A program made the position numbers and the translations under genes. Of a DNA stretch of 64,000 nt, positions 39,352 to 49,163 are shown one piece after another. This DNA comes from a virus (lineage: Duplodnaviria > Caudoviricetes), in IMG/VR virus record IMGVR_UViG_3300025840_000032, positions 457 to 64,456 of that record; one strand, given 5' to 3'. The stretch's first letter is position 1, and every line of letters starts with the position of its first letter. The notes below the pieces were generated by a model. It saw nothing but the letters and a program-made list of their open reading frames with translations. It searched no databases and was not told the origin of the DNA.

Positions 39352-40005
39352 ATGTGTGCTATATTTGGAACATCTAATAAAGAAGAGATCAACACTCTTT
39401 TTGAAGCTAACCATGATCGTGGTGGTTTTGCGGTAGGTTCATTATGTGTAATGAAGAATAATGAATATGCTGTTAAAAAACAAGGCGGGAAAGAAATAGA
39501 AAGTCTAATTCCATACCCGTATTCGTTCGCATTTAATGAAAAATTCGTCAAATATTACATGTTTCATGACCAAGCACCCACTAGCTCTGTTCGAGAATTT
39601 ACAATATCAACATCCCACCCATTCCAATACGGTCCTTGGATTGTAGCACATAACGGAGTCTTACATGATTATAAACATCTACTTGAAGATCATGACTGTA
39701 AAGTAGATAGTAGCTATATTCCAGCTATGTTAGCCCGTGAAACTGGTTTTGATGAAGTGACCGCAATTCGAAATGTTTGTAATTTACTTCATGGAACGTT
39801 TTCATGTTGGATATTTAACGCAGAGTCGGGTAGAATTTATCTTGTTAAACAAGGTAGTACGTTGTTTTGTAAGAATACATCATTTTCGTCCGTTAAACTT
39901 CCAGATTGGGAGTCTTTAACAGATGGGGTAATTTATGAAATAAAGGATTCAATTGAATGTGTTGGTTATTTTAATAGCAATAATCCATTTATGGTATTGA
40001 TTTAA
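39352..40005 (+). CDS. class II (Ntn) glutamine amidotransferase
   Basis: N-terminal MC nucleophile, RG, H..APT, HPF, VAHNGVL, VDS. Confidence 0.85.
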   Translation: MCAIFGTSNKEEINTLFEANHDRGGFAVGSLCVMKNNEYAVKKQGGKEIESLIPYPYSFAFNEKFVKYYMFHDQAPTSSVREFTISTSHPFQYGPWIVAHNGVLHDYKHLLEDHDCKVDSSYIPAMLARETGFDEVTAIRNVCNLLHGTFSCWIFNAESGRIYLVKQGSTLFCKNTSFSSVKLPDWESLTDGVIYEIKDSIECVGYFNSNNPFMVLI

Positions 40006-40029
40006 TAAGAGCAACTATAATATTGGTAT

Positions 40030-41094
40030 ATGAAAACAGCTTTAGTATGTGGAGCCGGTGGGTTTATTGGTAGCCACCTAGTTACACAATTAAAAAAAGA
40101 AGGATATTGGGTTCGTGGTGTTGATTTAAAAGAACCGGAGTTTGCTAAAACAGATGCGGATGAATTTGTTGTTGGTGATCTAACAGATTTTGGATTTGTC
40201 AATAGAATTATTCGAACTGGTAGTTTTTACACTAGTACCCCGGTGCAATATCAAGAACAATTTGATGAAATCTACCAACTTGCTGCAGATATGGGAGGAG
40301 CTGGTTATATCTTTACCGGAGAAAACGATGCAAATGTAATGCAAAATTCCGCTTCAATTAACCTTAATATTCTTAAAGCGATGGTTGATTTGAATGAATT
40401 TGTTCAAACTGAATGGTATAATAATGCAAGAAATTTCGAAACCAAGTATGTTCCACGAAATACAAAAATATTCTACAGTAGTTCTGCATGTATGTACCCG
40501 GAACACAATCAATTAGACCCAAATAATCCTAATTGTGCTGAAGATAGTGCATACCCAGCTAATCCTGATAGTGAATATGGATGGGAAAAACTATTTAGTG
40601 AACGGCTATATTTAGCTTACAATAGAAATCACGGAATTCCTGTTCGAATCGCACGATTCCATAACATTTACGGCCCGGGTGGCACCTTTGATGGTGGGAG
40701 AGAAAAGGCTCCAGCTGCATTATGTCGAAAATTTGCTATTGCAAATAACAATGACGAACTTGAAGTATGGGGAGACGGTGAGCAAACCAGGTCATTTCTA
40801 TATATCTATGAATGTATTAAAGGGATCCGAAAATTAATGGATTCCGACTTTCAAGGACCGGTTAATATTGGGTCTGATGAAATGGTTTCTATTAATCAAA
40901 TGATAAAAATGTTAAAATCCATTTCTGGTAAACGGGTTATAGTTAAACACAAGTTAGATGCCCCGACCGGTGTTCGTGGACGTAACAGTGATAACACTTT
41001 AATCAAGGAAAAACTAGGGTGGGAACCCAAATTCCCATTAAAAGAAGGTTTACAGTTGACCTATCGATGGATCCTTAACGAATTGAATTCTTGA
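40030..41094 (+). CDS. GDP-mannose 3,5-epimerase-like NAD-dependent epimerase
   Basis: GAGGFIG, AADMGG.G, SSAC.YP, YGWEK, GGREKAPAA.CRK. Confidence 0.88.
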   Translation: MKTALVCGAGGFIGSHLVTQLKKEGYWVRGVDLKEPEFAKTDADEFVVGDLTDFGFVNRIIRTGSFYTSTPVQYQEQFDEIYQLAADMGGAGYIFTGENDANVMQNSASINLNILKAMVDLNEFVQTEWYNNARNFETKYVPRNTKIFYSSSACMYPEHNQLDPNNPNCAEDSAYPANPDSEYGWEKLFSERLYLAYNRNHGIPVRIARFHNIYGPGGTFDGGREKAPAALCRKFAIANNNDELEVWGDGEQTRSFLYIYECIKGIRKLMDSDFQGPVNIGSDEMVSINQMIKMLKSISGKRVIVKHKLDAPTGVRGRNSDNTLIKEKLGWEPKFPLKEGLQLTYRWILNELNS

Positions 41095-41126
41095 TTATAT
41101 GTGTTAGTGTTATATAATCAATTTTA

Positions 41127-42455
41127 ATGACTAAACACCAACTAGATCTTGATTTTTTCGAAAAGGTCGTGGTTCACAAATGTTTAACCGATTCACGTTA
41201 TCTATCTTCGGTTATTGAACATGCTGAACCACGGTTTTTTAATGATAAAAACATAACTACTGTTTACCAACTAATAAAAGGATTTTTTAACCGGAGATCG
41301 ACGGTTCCTACCAATACCGAAATATTAGCATTATGTAATACACCAGAACTCCGGGCTTCTTTTAAGAATGTACTTAAATCGATTAAAAATATAGATACAT
41401 CTATTAATGAAGATGAACTAATAAGCAATACAGAACGGTTTCTCAAGGAAAAAGCGGTATATCATACAATGATGGATGTAGCAAATGATTGCTCAGCTGG
41501 AAACATAGACCCATCATTAATTTACGAAAAATTTGAACGGTGTACCGGTATTGATCTAACGTTAAATATGGGATACGACTTTCTACAAGACGTTAACCCA
41601 TTAATTAACGATTTAACACAAATAGAACCTGTAATATCGACTGGTTTAGAGTGGTTGGATCACCAACTTGATGGTGGTTTTCTAGCTAATGGTAGGGCAA
41701 TGTATATTTTTGCCGGTGAAACCAATATCGGTAAATCGATTGTTCTAGGTAATATAGCTTGCAATATAGCTAAACAAGGTAAAACAGTATTATTGATATC
41801 ATTAGAGATGTCAGAAATGATGTATGCAAGGCGATTAGCAAGTAATATATCAGGGATTGAAGTTAATTCCTTAAAACATGAAACGGATGCATTAAGAATA
41901 AGTTTACAACAATTTAAAGATAACAACCCTAAAAGCCGGTTATTAATTAAAGAATTTCCACCAAGTACCATTACAGTTCCTCAACTTCGTTCGTTTATTA
42001 GTAAAATTGCTCAAGCTGGAGTTAAAATTGATGCTATTGTTGTAGATTATCTTAATTTGATTTATTCACCTATTGGCAATAACAGTTATGAACGTGTCAA
42101 GTATGTTGGTGAACAATCAAGAGCTCTTACATATACTTATTCATGCCCTCTTATATCGGCAACCCAGTTAAACCGGACTGGTTATGATACGCAAAACCCT
42201 AGTTTGGATACAATCAGTGAAAGTATGGGGTTAGCTATGACAGCAGATGCAATTTTTTCGGTGTTCCAATCACCTGAAGATAAAGATTTAGATATTATTC
42301 GTATGGGTAAGATGAAGAACCGATTTGGTTCCAATCACGGCACACATGAATTCAGTATCAACTATCCAACTTTAACAATCACAGACGGTAACATGCAAAA
42401 CATTAATGATTTATCGTATAATGTTGTTAACGCTATTGAATTTTTAGTAAACTAG
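41127..42455 (+). CDS. gp41: replicative helicase
   Basis: GETNIGKS, SLEM, KEFP, VDYL, ATQLNR, SES.G...TAD, KNRFG. Confidence 0.92.
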   Translation: MTKHQLDLDFFEKVVVHKCLTDSRYLSSVIEHAEPRFFNDKNITTVYQLIKGFFNRRSTVPTNTEILALCNTPELRASFKNVLKSIKNIDTSINEDELISNTERFLKEKAVYHTMMDVANDCSAGNIDPSLIYEKFERCTGIDLTLNMGYDFLQDVNPLINDLTQIEPVISTGLEWLDHQLDGGFLANGRAMYIFAGETNIGKSIVLGNIACNIAKQGKTVLLISLEMSEMMYARRLASNISGIEVNSLKHETDALRISLQQFKDNNPKSRLLIKEFPPSTITVPQLRSFISKIAQAGVKIDAIVVDYLNLIYSPIGNNSYERVKYVGEQSRALTYTYSCPLISATQLNRTGYDTQNPSLDTISESMGLAMTADAIFSVFQSPEDKDLDIIRMGKMKNRFGSNHGTHEFSINYPTLTITDGNMQNINDLSYNVVNAIEFLVN

Positions 42456-42489
42456 TTGAATCTACAATAAAACAAGTTAATTAATAATA

Positions 42490-43395
42490 ATGTCCGAAAG
42501 AAATTTCATTTTTACAGATGCTGATTTAGACGGTATAGGTTGTTTGATGTTGGCTAAATGGTGTCTTGGATCAAAAACACCATATATTACAACTACAGTT
42601 ACAAATTTTAGGGAAAACCTGTTAACCTGGTTACAAAACCATAAACTAACTGATTACGATAATGTTTATATTACGGATCTTGATGTATCCCAACATGCTG
42701 ATTTGTTAGATCATAAAAATGTTACCATTATTGATCATCATTTGGAGAGTTACGATGAGAAATATAAGAACGCTAAGATTGTAATAGATGTAACATGCAC
42801 ATCAGCGACCAAATTAACTTTCCAACATTTTATTGCCATAAACCCTCTATTAAGGGCAGAATTTACCAAACCACAATTAAAGTTTATAACATTAGTTGAC
42901 GACTATGATAGTTATACATTAAAACATTCAGAAACGGTCGGGTTGAATGTTGTATTATGGAGTATGACTGGTGATAGGGTTCAAAAATTTACCGAATTAT
43001 ATCAAAACGGGTTTGTCCCCTTTAACAGAGAACAAATCAACATGATTAATATTGCTCAAAAACGTATTAACGATGCAATTAGTCCAGAAAACATATATAT
43101 TGCATCATTACCAATTGGAAAAAAACAAGCAAAGGTAATGAGTGTATTTTGCGACCACAATATTAATGAAGTTGGTTATGAAGTTATTAATCGATATGGA
43201 GTTGACATATGTTTTATTGTAAACTTACGGACAAAATCTGTAAGTTTTAGGAGATCGAAAGAATGTGATATAAATGTTGCAAAACTAGCAAAGGTATTAT
43301 GTAATGGAGGAGGTCATGCAAGTGCAGCTGGTGGTAAATTAACGGATGAATTTCTATCCTTATCAAAAAGGTTTACGAATTATGAAGTTAAATAG
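42490..43395 (+). CDS. DHH/DHHA1 phosphoesterase
   Basis: DADLDG, ITD, IDHH, GGGH..AAG. Confidence 0.88.
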   Translation: MSERNFIFTDADLDGIGCLMLAKWCLGSKTPYITTTVTNFRENLLTWLQNHKLTDYDNVYITDLDVSQHADLLDHKNVTIIDHHLESYDEKYKNAKIVIDVTCTSATKLTFQHFIAINPLLRAEFTKPQLKFITLVDDYDSYTLKHSETVGLNVVLWSMTGDRVQKFTELYQNGFVPFNREQINMINIAQKRINDAISPENIYIASLPIGKKQAKVMSVFCDHNINEVGYEVINRYGVDICFIVNLRTKSVSFRRSKECDINVAKLAKVLCNGGGHASAAGGKLTDEFLSLSKRFTNYEVK

Positions 43396-43675
43396 TACAA
43401 ACCCAGTTGAATCAACATATACCAAAGAAGTTGCATATACCTTTATGGGATTTTGTTCATTCGTGTCAATTTTACACAATAAAAAGGTTAATATTCCAAA
43501 TATCTTTATTATGATTTTGCAAGACCCAAAGCTTCGAGGGTTTTTCAAAGACTTGCTTGATATAGACACAGATTACCAATGTGTTCAGTTATTTTTATTT
43601 TTTGAGCCAACCTTATATAAGAGTAAATACATAATGAAATATATCAACAGCAAAAAACGCACGTTGATAACGTAA
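43382..43675 (+). CDS. hypothetical protein
   Basis: 97-aa ORF between DHH and gp59-like genes. Confidence 0.55.
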   Translation: MKLNSTNPVESTYTKEVAYTFMGFCSFVSILHNKKVNIPNIFIMILQDPKLRGFFKDLLDIDTDYQCVQLFLFFEPTLYKSKYIMKYINSKKRTLIT

Positions 43676-43699
43676 AGATTTTCAATTATACTTTATCCT

Positions 43700-44335
43700 G
43701 TGAACGATTTTGAACAAACAATATACAACAAGCATCTAGCTAGTTATAAAAAACATCAGAACAAACCATTTAAGTTCAGAAAAAACTTTACCAATCTAGA
43801 TGAATCTACCAAAACAATATTACTCAAGCTAGCTAACTTTTTCAAACAACATAACAAGATAAATATTGACATATTTTTTGCTGCACCGTATTACATTTAC
43901 ACAGATGCAGTTAAATTTGATCTACAATTTTATACATCCTTAAAAGCTGTTAAATTATACAGAGAATATATCAAGAAATTAAACAGACAAGACATTAATT
44001 CGGATGATATTAAAAATCATTTTTTAGAATCCACTAAATTCATCTTAAAATTCTGTAAAGAGCACAAAATTAAATTTTTATCATATCCAAGTTACAAGGA
44101 AGGGTATATAAATGCATTTTTTGAACATTTAAAACACGGGAATGTATCAATTTATGTAATGTTTATGTTTCCAGATTTTGAAACACAATTTAAATCTGTT
44201 GATAAAGAAATGAGAGAACATTTAATATCCGATACTTATGATGATATTGACAGGAACCGCGTTAAATTCTATAATGCTGACAAGAAAACGAAGGAATATT
44301 TTGATAAAATATTTAATTTGTGTAAGACCCATTGA
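43700..44335 (+). CDS. possible helicase loader (gp59-like)
   Basis: Size, aromatic/basic composition and position directly upstream of gp32. Confidence 0.4.
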   Translation: MNDFEQTIYNKHLASYKKHQNKPFKFRKNFTNLDESTKTILLKLANFFKQHNKINIDIFFAAPYYIYTDAVKFDLQFYTSLKAVKLYREYIKKLNRQDINSDDIKNHFLESTKFILKFCKEHKIKFLSYPSYKEGYINAFFEHLKHGNVSIYVMFMFPDFETQFKSVDKEMREHLISDTYDDIDRNRVKFYNADKKTKEYFDKIFNLCKTH

Positions 44336-44366
44336 TAAAACAAGCAGCGAAGCATAATTAATATAT

Positions 44367-44418
44367 GTATAACGACGAGCGTTGTTGTGCAAATAACGAA
44401 AAATAACGAAACAAAACT
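44367..44418 (+). promoter_or_regulatory. candidate autogenous translational operator of ssb
   Basis: 10-bp hairpin 44367-44390, then tandem AAATAACGAA x2 and an A-rich tract before ATG. Confidence 0.5.
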
Positions 44419-45270
44419 ATGGCAAATATTAACGACATGTTCGAAAGCATTAAAAATGCAATGACACAAGATTCTGGCTCTTCTTCAAGAGGTCAGTTTT
44501 TAAGAACCGAAGTTGGCAACACATATGTTGTTCGGCTTATTCCAAATATTGAAAACCCATCGAAAACATTTTACCATTATTACACACATGGATGGAATTC
44601 GTTTTCAACAGGACAATATTTGAGTCTTATCAGTCCTAATACATGGGGTGAAAGGGATCCAATCTCAGAAACTCGGTATCGTTTGTCAAAGACCGGGACA
44701 GATGAAGAAAAGGAAAGGGCGAGTAAGATCTTGAGGCGTGAAAATTGGGTGGCCAACGTGTACGTGGTGAATGATCCAGTTAACCCTGAAAATAATGGAA
44801 CGATCAAGTTGTTACGCTTTGGTCGACAATTGCATAAAATCATTATGGATGCTATGCAAGGCGATGAAGCTGAAGAACTCGGTCCTCGTATTTTCGATCT
44901 AACGAAAAATGGATGCGATTTCCGGATTAAAGTTGAAAAACAAGGAGATTATCCAACATACGTTTCATCGAAGTTCGGGATGCCTAAAAAGCTCAACATC
45001 GAATACGAAGGAGGTATTGATGCAATTCATAAAAATATTCATGACCTGGAATCTGTTTTCTCGGTTAAAACATATGATGAATTGAAAGCAATCCTCGATG
45101 AACACTTCTTTTGTGATGATGTTACAAAAGAAACTCAAGCAGGAGATGTGAAAAAAACAACTGCGGTGGTTGAAAAAGTGACAGAAACTACCACTGTACC
45201 AGAGACTGTAACCGATGATGATGACGATATTAATGAGTTGTTGGCCAGTCTTGATGAAGTGGACAAATAA
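44419..45270 (+). CDS. gp32: single-stranded DNA-binding protein
   Basis: VRLIP, Y.HG, NVYVVNDP.NPENNG, FG..L..II, IFDL...G.DF.I, acidic tail. Confidence 0.88.
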   Translation: MANINDMFESIKNAMTQDSGSSSRGQFLRTEVGNTYVVRLIPNIENPSKTFYHYYTHGWNSFSTGQYLSLISPNTWGERDPISETRYRLSKTGTDEEKERASKILRRENWVANVYVVNDPVNPENNGTIKLLRFGRQLHKIIMDAMQGDEAEELGPRIFDLTKNGCDFRIKVEKQGDYPTYVSSKFGMPKKLNIEYEGGIDAIHKNIHDLESVFSVKTYDELKAILDEHFFCDDVTKETQAGDVKKTTAVVEKVTETTTVPETVTDDDDDINELLASLDEVDK

Positions 45271-45271
45271 T

Positions 45272-45829
45272 ATGGAAAATAATACATCAAATGTAAATTA
45301 TGATGAATTACGCTTGGATCCTCAGGGTCCAAGCGACCCTTATGATGATGCTCTTGCATTTCGATCATTATTGGGGGCTGTTCATAATGAATTTAATACA
45401 ATCGTTAACAATAATATTACGGGTGCATCGTCATCTTTACATAGAATTGACGCGAGACCGATACTTGAAAAGGGAGTTAAAGAATTAATCTCCAAACAAC
45501 CTCCTGCCCCGCTTCCAATCGAAATCCCGGAGAAGCACAATCAAACTGAAACGGTGAATAATTCAAATAACATTTTTGTCCCCCTGGCAGAAGTAGTACC
45601 TCCACCAGCACCTGCAGAATGGTGTAAAAAGGACGACGATCAATTAGAATTTAATTTTGACAACACTGCAACAGCCCAAAAGATATATGATGCGTTGGAA
45701 AATCTTGACATTAAAATAGATACTATTGAATCTAAATTGGATAAAATTCTTAATGCTCTAGAAAGCGTAAATATTAAGAAAAAACGCGTGCCATCACAAC
45801 CAAAAACCACAAATACCAAAAAAAAGTAA
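45272..45829 (+). CDS. hypothetical protein
   Basis: ATG 1 nt after gp32 stop; coiled-coil C-terminus. Confidence 0.65.
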   Translation: MENNTSNVNYDELRLDPQGPSDPYDDALAFRSLLGAVHNEFNTIVNNNITGASSSLHRIDARPILEKGVKELISKQPPAPLPIEIPEKHNQTETVNNSNNIFVPLAEVVPPPAPAEWCKKDDDQLEFNFDNTATAQKIYDALENLDIKIDTIESKLDKILNALESVNIKKKRVPSQPKTTNTKKK

Positions 45830-45863
45830 TTGGTAATTCAATTGATGGTATATATCATAAGGT

Positions 45864-46583
45864 ATGGTCATTACTATCAAAAATAAAAATCATTTCATTG
45901 CAAGATTTATAAAGCCTTTAAGCTCATTGACCGAATCCGTTGTTATTAAATCTGATGACAACGGATTTAATTGTCTAGCTAATAACGAACTCGGGGTAAT
46001 TTTATATGCAACGTATAAGACCGATGTAAATGCAAGTATTCAACTTAATATTCCGGATATAAAACGTCTTGAGAAAATTATTTCATATATAAATCAAGAT
46101 CAAATTGAGTTGCAATTTAAATCTAATTCATTATCATATAAAGATAACAACATCCGCTTTAAATATCACTTTCTTGAAGATGGATTAATTGAAACACCAA
46201 AGTTAAGCATCCAAAAAATTCAAAATATTACAACTGATATTGATTTTCAAATTGAATATAGTAAAATAGTTGAATTAGCTAAAGGAGCTTCGTTTGTTGG
46301 AGAGTCAGAAAAATTGTATTTCACAATTGATAGTAATGGGGTTTTTGGAGAAATAACGGATAAAACTAATTCATCTGTTGATAGTTATGGAGTTAAGTTA
46401 TTAGACCAAGAATTTGATCGATCGATTACATTCCCGGTGAATTTTGATATTGTCCGATTACTTGCAAGTGTTACTACAGATAAAATTACAGTCAGACTTA
46501 ATACAGAAGTTGGATTGAGTGTATTTGAAATTGAAACACCGGAATCAACTCTTAAATATATTGTCTCAGGATTACAATCATGA
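45864..46583 (+). CDS. gp45: sliding clamp
   Basis: 239 aa, PCNA/gp45-like alpha/beta pattern ending ..LKYIVSG, in replication cluster. Confidence 0.7.
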   Translation: MVITIKNKNHFIARFIKPLSSLTESVVIKSDDNGFNCLANNELGVILYATYKTDVNASIQLNIPDIKRLEKIISYINQDQIELQFKSNSLSYKDNNIRFKYHFLEDGLIETPKLSIQKIQNITTDIDFQIEYSKIVELAKGASFVGESEKLYFTIDSNGVFGEITDKTNSSVDSYGVKLLDQEFDRSITFPVNFDIVRLLASVTTDKITVRLNTEVGLSVFEIETPESTLKYIVSGLQS

Positions 46584-46906
46584 ATAAAATCTCAACATTA
46601 GGGTATTTCAAAAAAAGATTACGTGATAATGGATTTATCGTAATTGATTTGTTTAAAAATTATAGTTCTAGCGATAAACGCAAATGGACTATTATGATTA
46701 ACCCCGGAGTTGAAAGTATACACATCACATGCAGTATTTCAGATGAATTTGATACACCTGTTTTTGAAATTTCAGATGATGGCCAAAAAATTAGATTAAA
46801 ATACGTTCAAATCACCACAGCATCAATGGAAGTAGTGATTAGTCGATTACTAGACTGGGGAGTAGTAAATAATAACAAAACATCTCCATATTTTAAAGAA
46901 CATTAA
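46580..46906 (+). CDS. hypothetical protein
   Basis: ATGA-coupled 108-aa ORF. Confidence 0.65.
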   Translation: MNKISTLGYFKKRLRDNGFIVIDLFKNYSSSDKRKWTIMINPGVESIHITCSISDEFDTPVFEISDDGQKIRLKYVQITTASMEVVISRLLDWGVVNNNKTSPYFKEH

Positions 46907-46908
46907 AC

Positions 46909-47898
46909 ATGAATAAAAATATTATTGACATTACACCAAAACGTCGAGTTTTAATTATAGGTAAGGGTTATATTGGTAGTAATTTATCTACTTTTTTAGC
47001 TGAGGATAATGCCCTTGAAGTATATAACATCGAAAGAGTTCAACTTAATTATTTAGATAAAAGCGAATTACATCAATTTTTTGAAACATACAAAGATTTG
47101 GGTATTGTTTTTGATTATGTTGTTAACGCGGTAGGATTTACTGGTGATAACAACATTGACGATGCTCTAGATAATAAAGAATTGTGTTATATCCTTAATA
47201 CAGTCTTTCCAGTCATGTTGAGCAATACTATCAAAACAACTACCCCGGATTGTAAATTGATTAATATTAGTTCTGGTTGTATCTATAATGGACCAGCACC
47301 ATCCCCAACCGGGTGGACCGAAAATGATGTGCCTAATTTTGGTATTTGTGATGATGTATCGTCATTTTATAGTAAAACCAAACACAGCGCTGAATTATTG
47401 TTGAGTTATGCATGTGATAATACATATAATTTGAGAATTCGTATGCCTTTTGGTGAAATTCCTTCTAATCGTAACCTCTTTCAAAAATTATTTAAATACA
47501 CAACGCTCCTTAACGCGAGCAACAGTATCACATACGTGTATGATCTATTTAATGTGATTTATAATATAGTTATCTCCGATGTTCTCACAACGGGAGTTTA
47601 TAATATTGTAAATGATGGTCATTTCAACATGGAAATGTTCATAGAAGCTGTTAAACGAAACGAAAAAGAGTTAATTAAGAGCAAGTTTATAACAAACAAA
47701 TACTTAAAAAATATAAAACTGGTTGATGAACAACAATTCTGTGAAATGAACATCACAAAAGAAAATCGATCATCAACTATATTGGATAATTCAGTTATTA
47801 AATCAGCTTTAAACACTAAATTCCAAAATATAACGGTAGACTTTATTGATACCGTTATAAAAGACTTAATTGAAAATGCAACTACCTCAATTGAATAA
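46909..47898 (+). CDS. NDP-4-keto-6-deoxyglucose epimerase/reductase (RmlD-like, NRS/ER type)
   Basis: GKGYIG, SSGCIY, E.D.PNF, SFYSKTK, LRIRMP. Confidence 0.75.
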   Translation: MNKNIIDITPKRRVLIIGKGYIGSNLSTFLAEDNALEVYNIERVQLNYLDKSELHQFFETYKDLGIVFDYVVNAVGFTGDNNIDDALDNKELCYILNTVFPVMLSNTIKTTTPDCKLINISSGCIYNGPAPSPTGWTENDVPNFGICDDVSSFYSKTKHSAELLLSYACDNTYNLRIRMPFGEIPSNRNLFQKLFKYTTLLNASNSITYVYDLFNVIYNIVISDVLTTGVYNIVNDGHFNMEMFIEAVKRNEKELIKSKFITNKYLKNIKLVDEQQFCEMNITKENRSSTILDNSVIKSALNTKFQNITVDFIDTVIKDLIENATTSIE

Positions 47899-48847
47899 AA
47901 CAGCAGTTGTTACCGGAGGATTAGGATTTATCGGTAGTTATTTGTGTGAATTGTTATCTAGCCGTGGCTACGATGTAATAATTTTTGATAAAAATACTTA
48001 TGCAACCAAATATTCGGATAAAACTAAAACAAAACATGCAAGATTATATGAAGTTGATATTGTAAACCAGAAGGGGATTGAGGAAGTTTTTGATGGTATC
48101 CGAAATATTGATGTAATATTTCATTTAGCTGCTGAAAGCCATGTTGATAATAGTTTAGAAACACCAAATATATTTGTTCAAACCAATATTATTGGTACTC
48201 ACAATATATTAGAACTGTGTAGAAAGAGAAATATACCATTAGTTTATGTATCGACTGATGAAATATATGGTTCCTTTACTCCAGAAAATGTATTTTCCGA
48301 TGAATTTAACAATGGATGGACTGAAACATATCCAATCGATCCGACATCTCCATATTCAACATCTAAAGCCTGTGGAGACCTATTAGCAATAACATATCAT
48401 AAGAGTTATGATATGGATATTAAAATTACTCGCTGTTGTAATAATTTTGGAGTCGGTCAACACATTGAAAAAATGATACCAAAATCGATTACAACAGCTC
48501 TCAACGAGCAAATTGTTAATATTTACGGTAGTGGGGTAAATATTCGACAATGGATACATGCCTCTGATCATTGTGAAGGACTTTTATTAGTTAATGAAAA
48601 GGGTAGACCCGGAGAAATTTATAATATCGGGACCAAAGATCGTTTAACAAACAACAAGCTTATCGATTTGATTGAACAGTGTGTAGATGAAACAATCGTT
48701 AGGTACCATATACCGGATCGTATTAATCATGATTTTGCATACAACGTGAACTTTGATAAAATAGCTAAATTGGGATTTAATCCAAAAAGATCAATCTTAA
48801 ACCGGAAGGAAATAAATGAAATGGTGGAATACTACAAAAGATATTAA
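47876..48847 (+). CDS. rmlB: dTDP/UDP-glucose 4,6-dehydratase
   Basis: TGGLGFIG, D..TYA, AAESHVD.S, STDE.YG, PYS.SKA, NN.G..Q..EK.IP. Confidence 0.9.
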   Translation: MQLPQLNKTAVVTGGLGFIGSYLCELLSSRGYDVIIFDKNTYATKYSDKTKTKHARLYEVDIVNQKGIEEVFDGIRNIDVIFHLAAESHVDNSLETPNIFVQTNIIGTHNILELCRKRNIPLVYVSTDEIYGSFTPENVFSDEFNNGWTETYPIDPTSPYSTSKACGDLLAITYHKSYDMDIKITRCCNNFGVGQHIEKMIPKSITTALNEQIVNIYGSGVNIRQWIHASDHCEGLLLVNEKGRPGEIYNIGTKDRLTNNKLIDLIEQCVDETIVRYHIPDRINHDFAYNVNFDKIAKLGFNPKRSILNRKEINEMVEYYKRY

Positions 48848-49082
48848 AAAGCCACGATGCCGGAATTTATATGCTGTTAAGCACGGAGATCACGCTGGAA
48901 AATTCCTTGCATATATTCAATCTAGCAAAGACACTCATCATTTTTTAACCATTCCCGGGAATGAGTGTTTAGAAGTACCTATAGCAGATTTTGAAAACGG
49001 TATTAACAATAAAATTGTTGATTTCGTTGAAATTCTACCACGATCTGTGTTTAAAGTTGTAAAAGCTCAATATTTTTCTTGA
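48816..49082 (+). CDS. hypothetical protein
   Basis: 88-aa ORF in operon. Confidence 0.55.
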   Translation: MKWWNTTKDIKKPRCRNLYAVKHGDHAGKFLAYIQSSKDTHHFLTIPGNECLEVPIADFENGINNKIVDFVEILPRSVFKVVKAQYFS

Positions 49083-49163
49083 TAATTATATGGCAGTTCA
49101 TATCATATATGATATGAAATCGTTTAATTCAACGAAACCACAAGTTGCAACGAAAGGATCTAA

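Noticed and set aside
37996-40005. QatABCD defence system (QueC-like plus amidotransferase)
   Set aside because: No QatA ATPase or TatD; folE, queD and queE point to 7-deazaguanine biosynthesis
44391-44410. CRISPR-like or iteron repeat
   Set aside because: Only two adjacent 10-mers without spacers; better explained as part of the ssb leader
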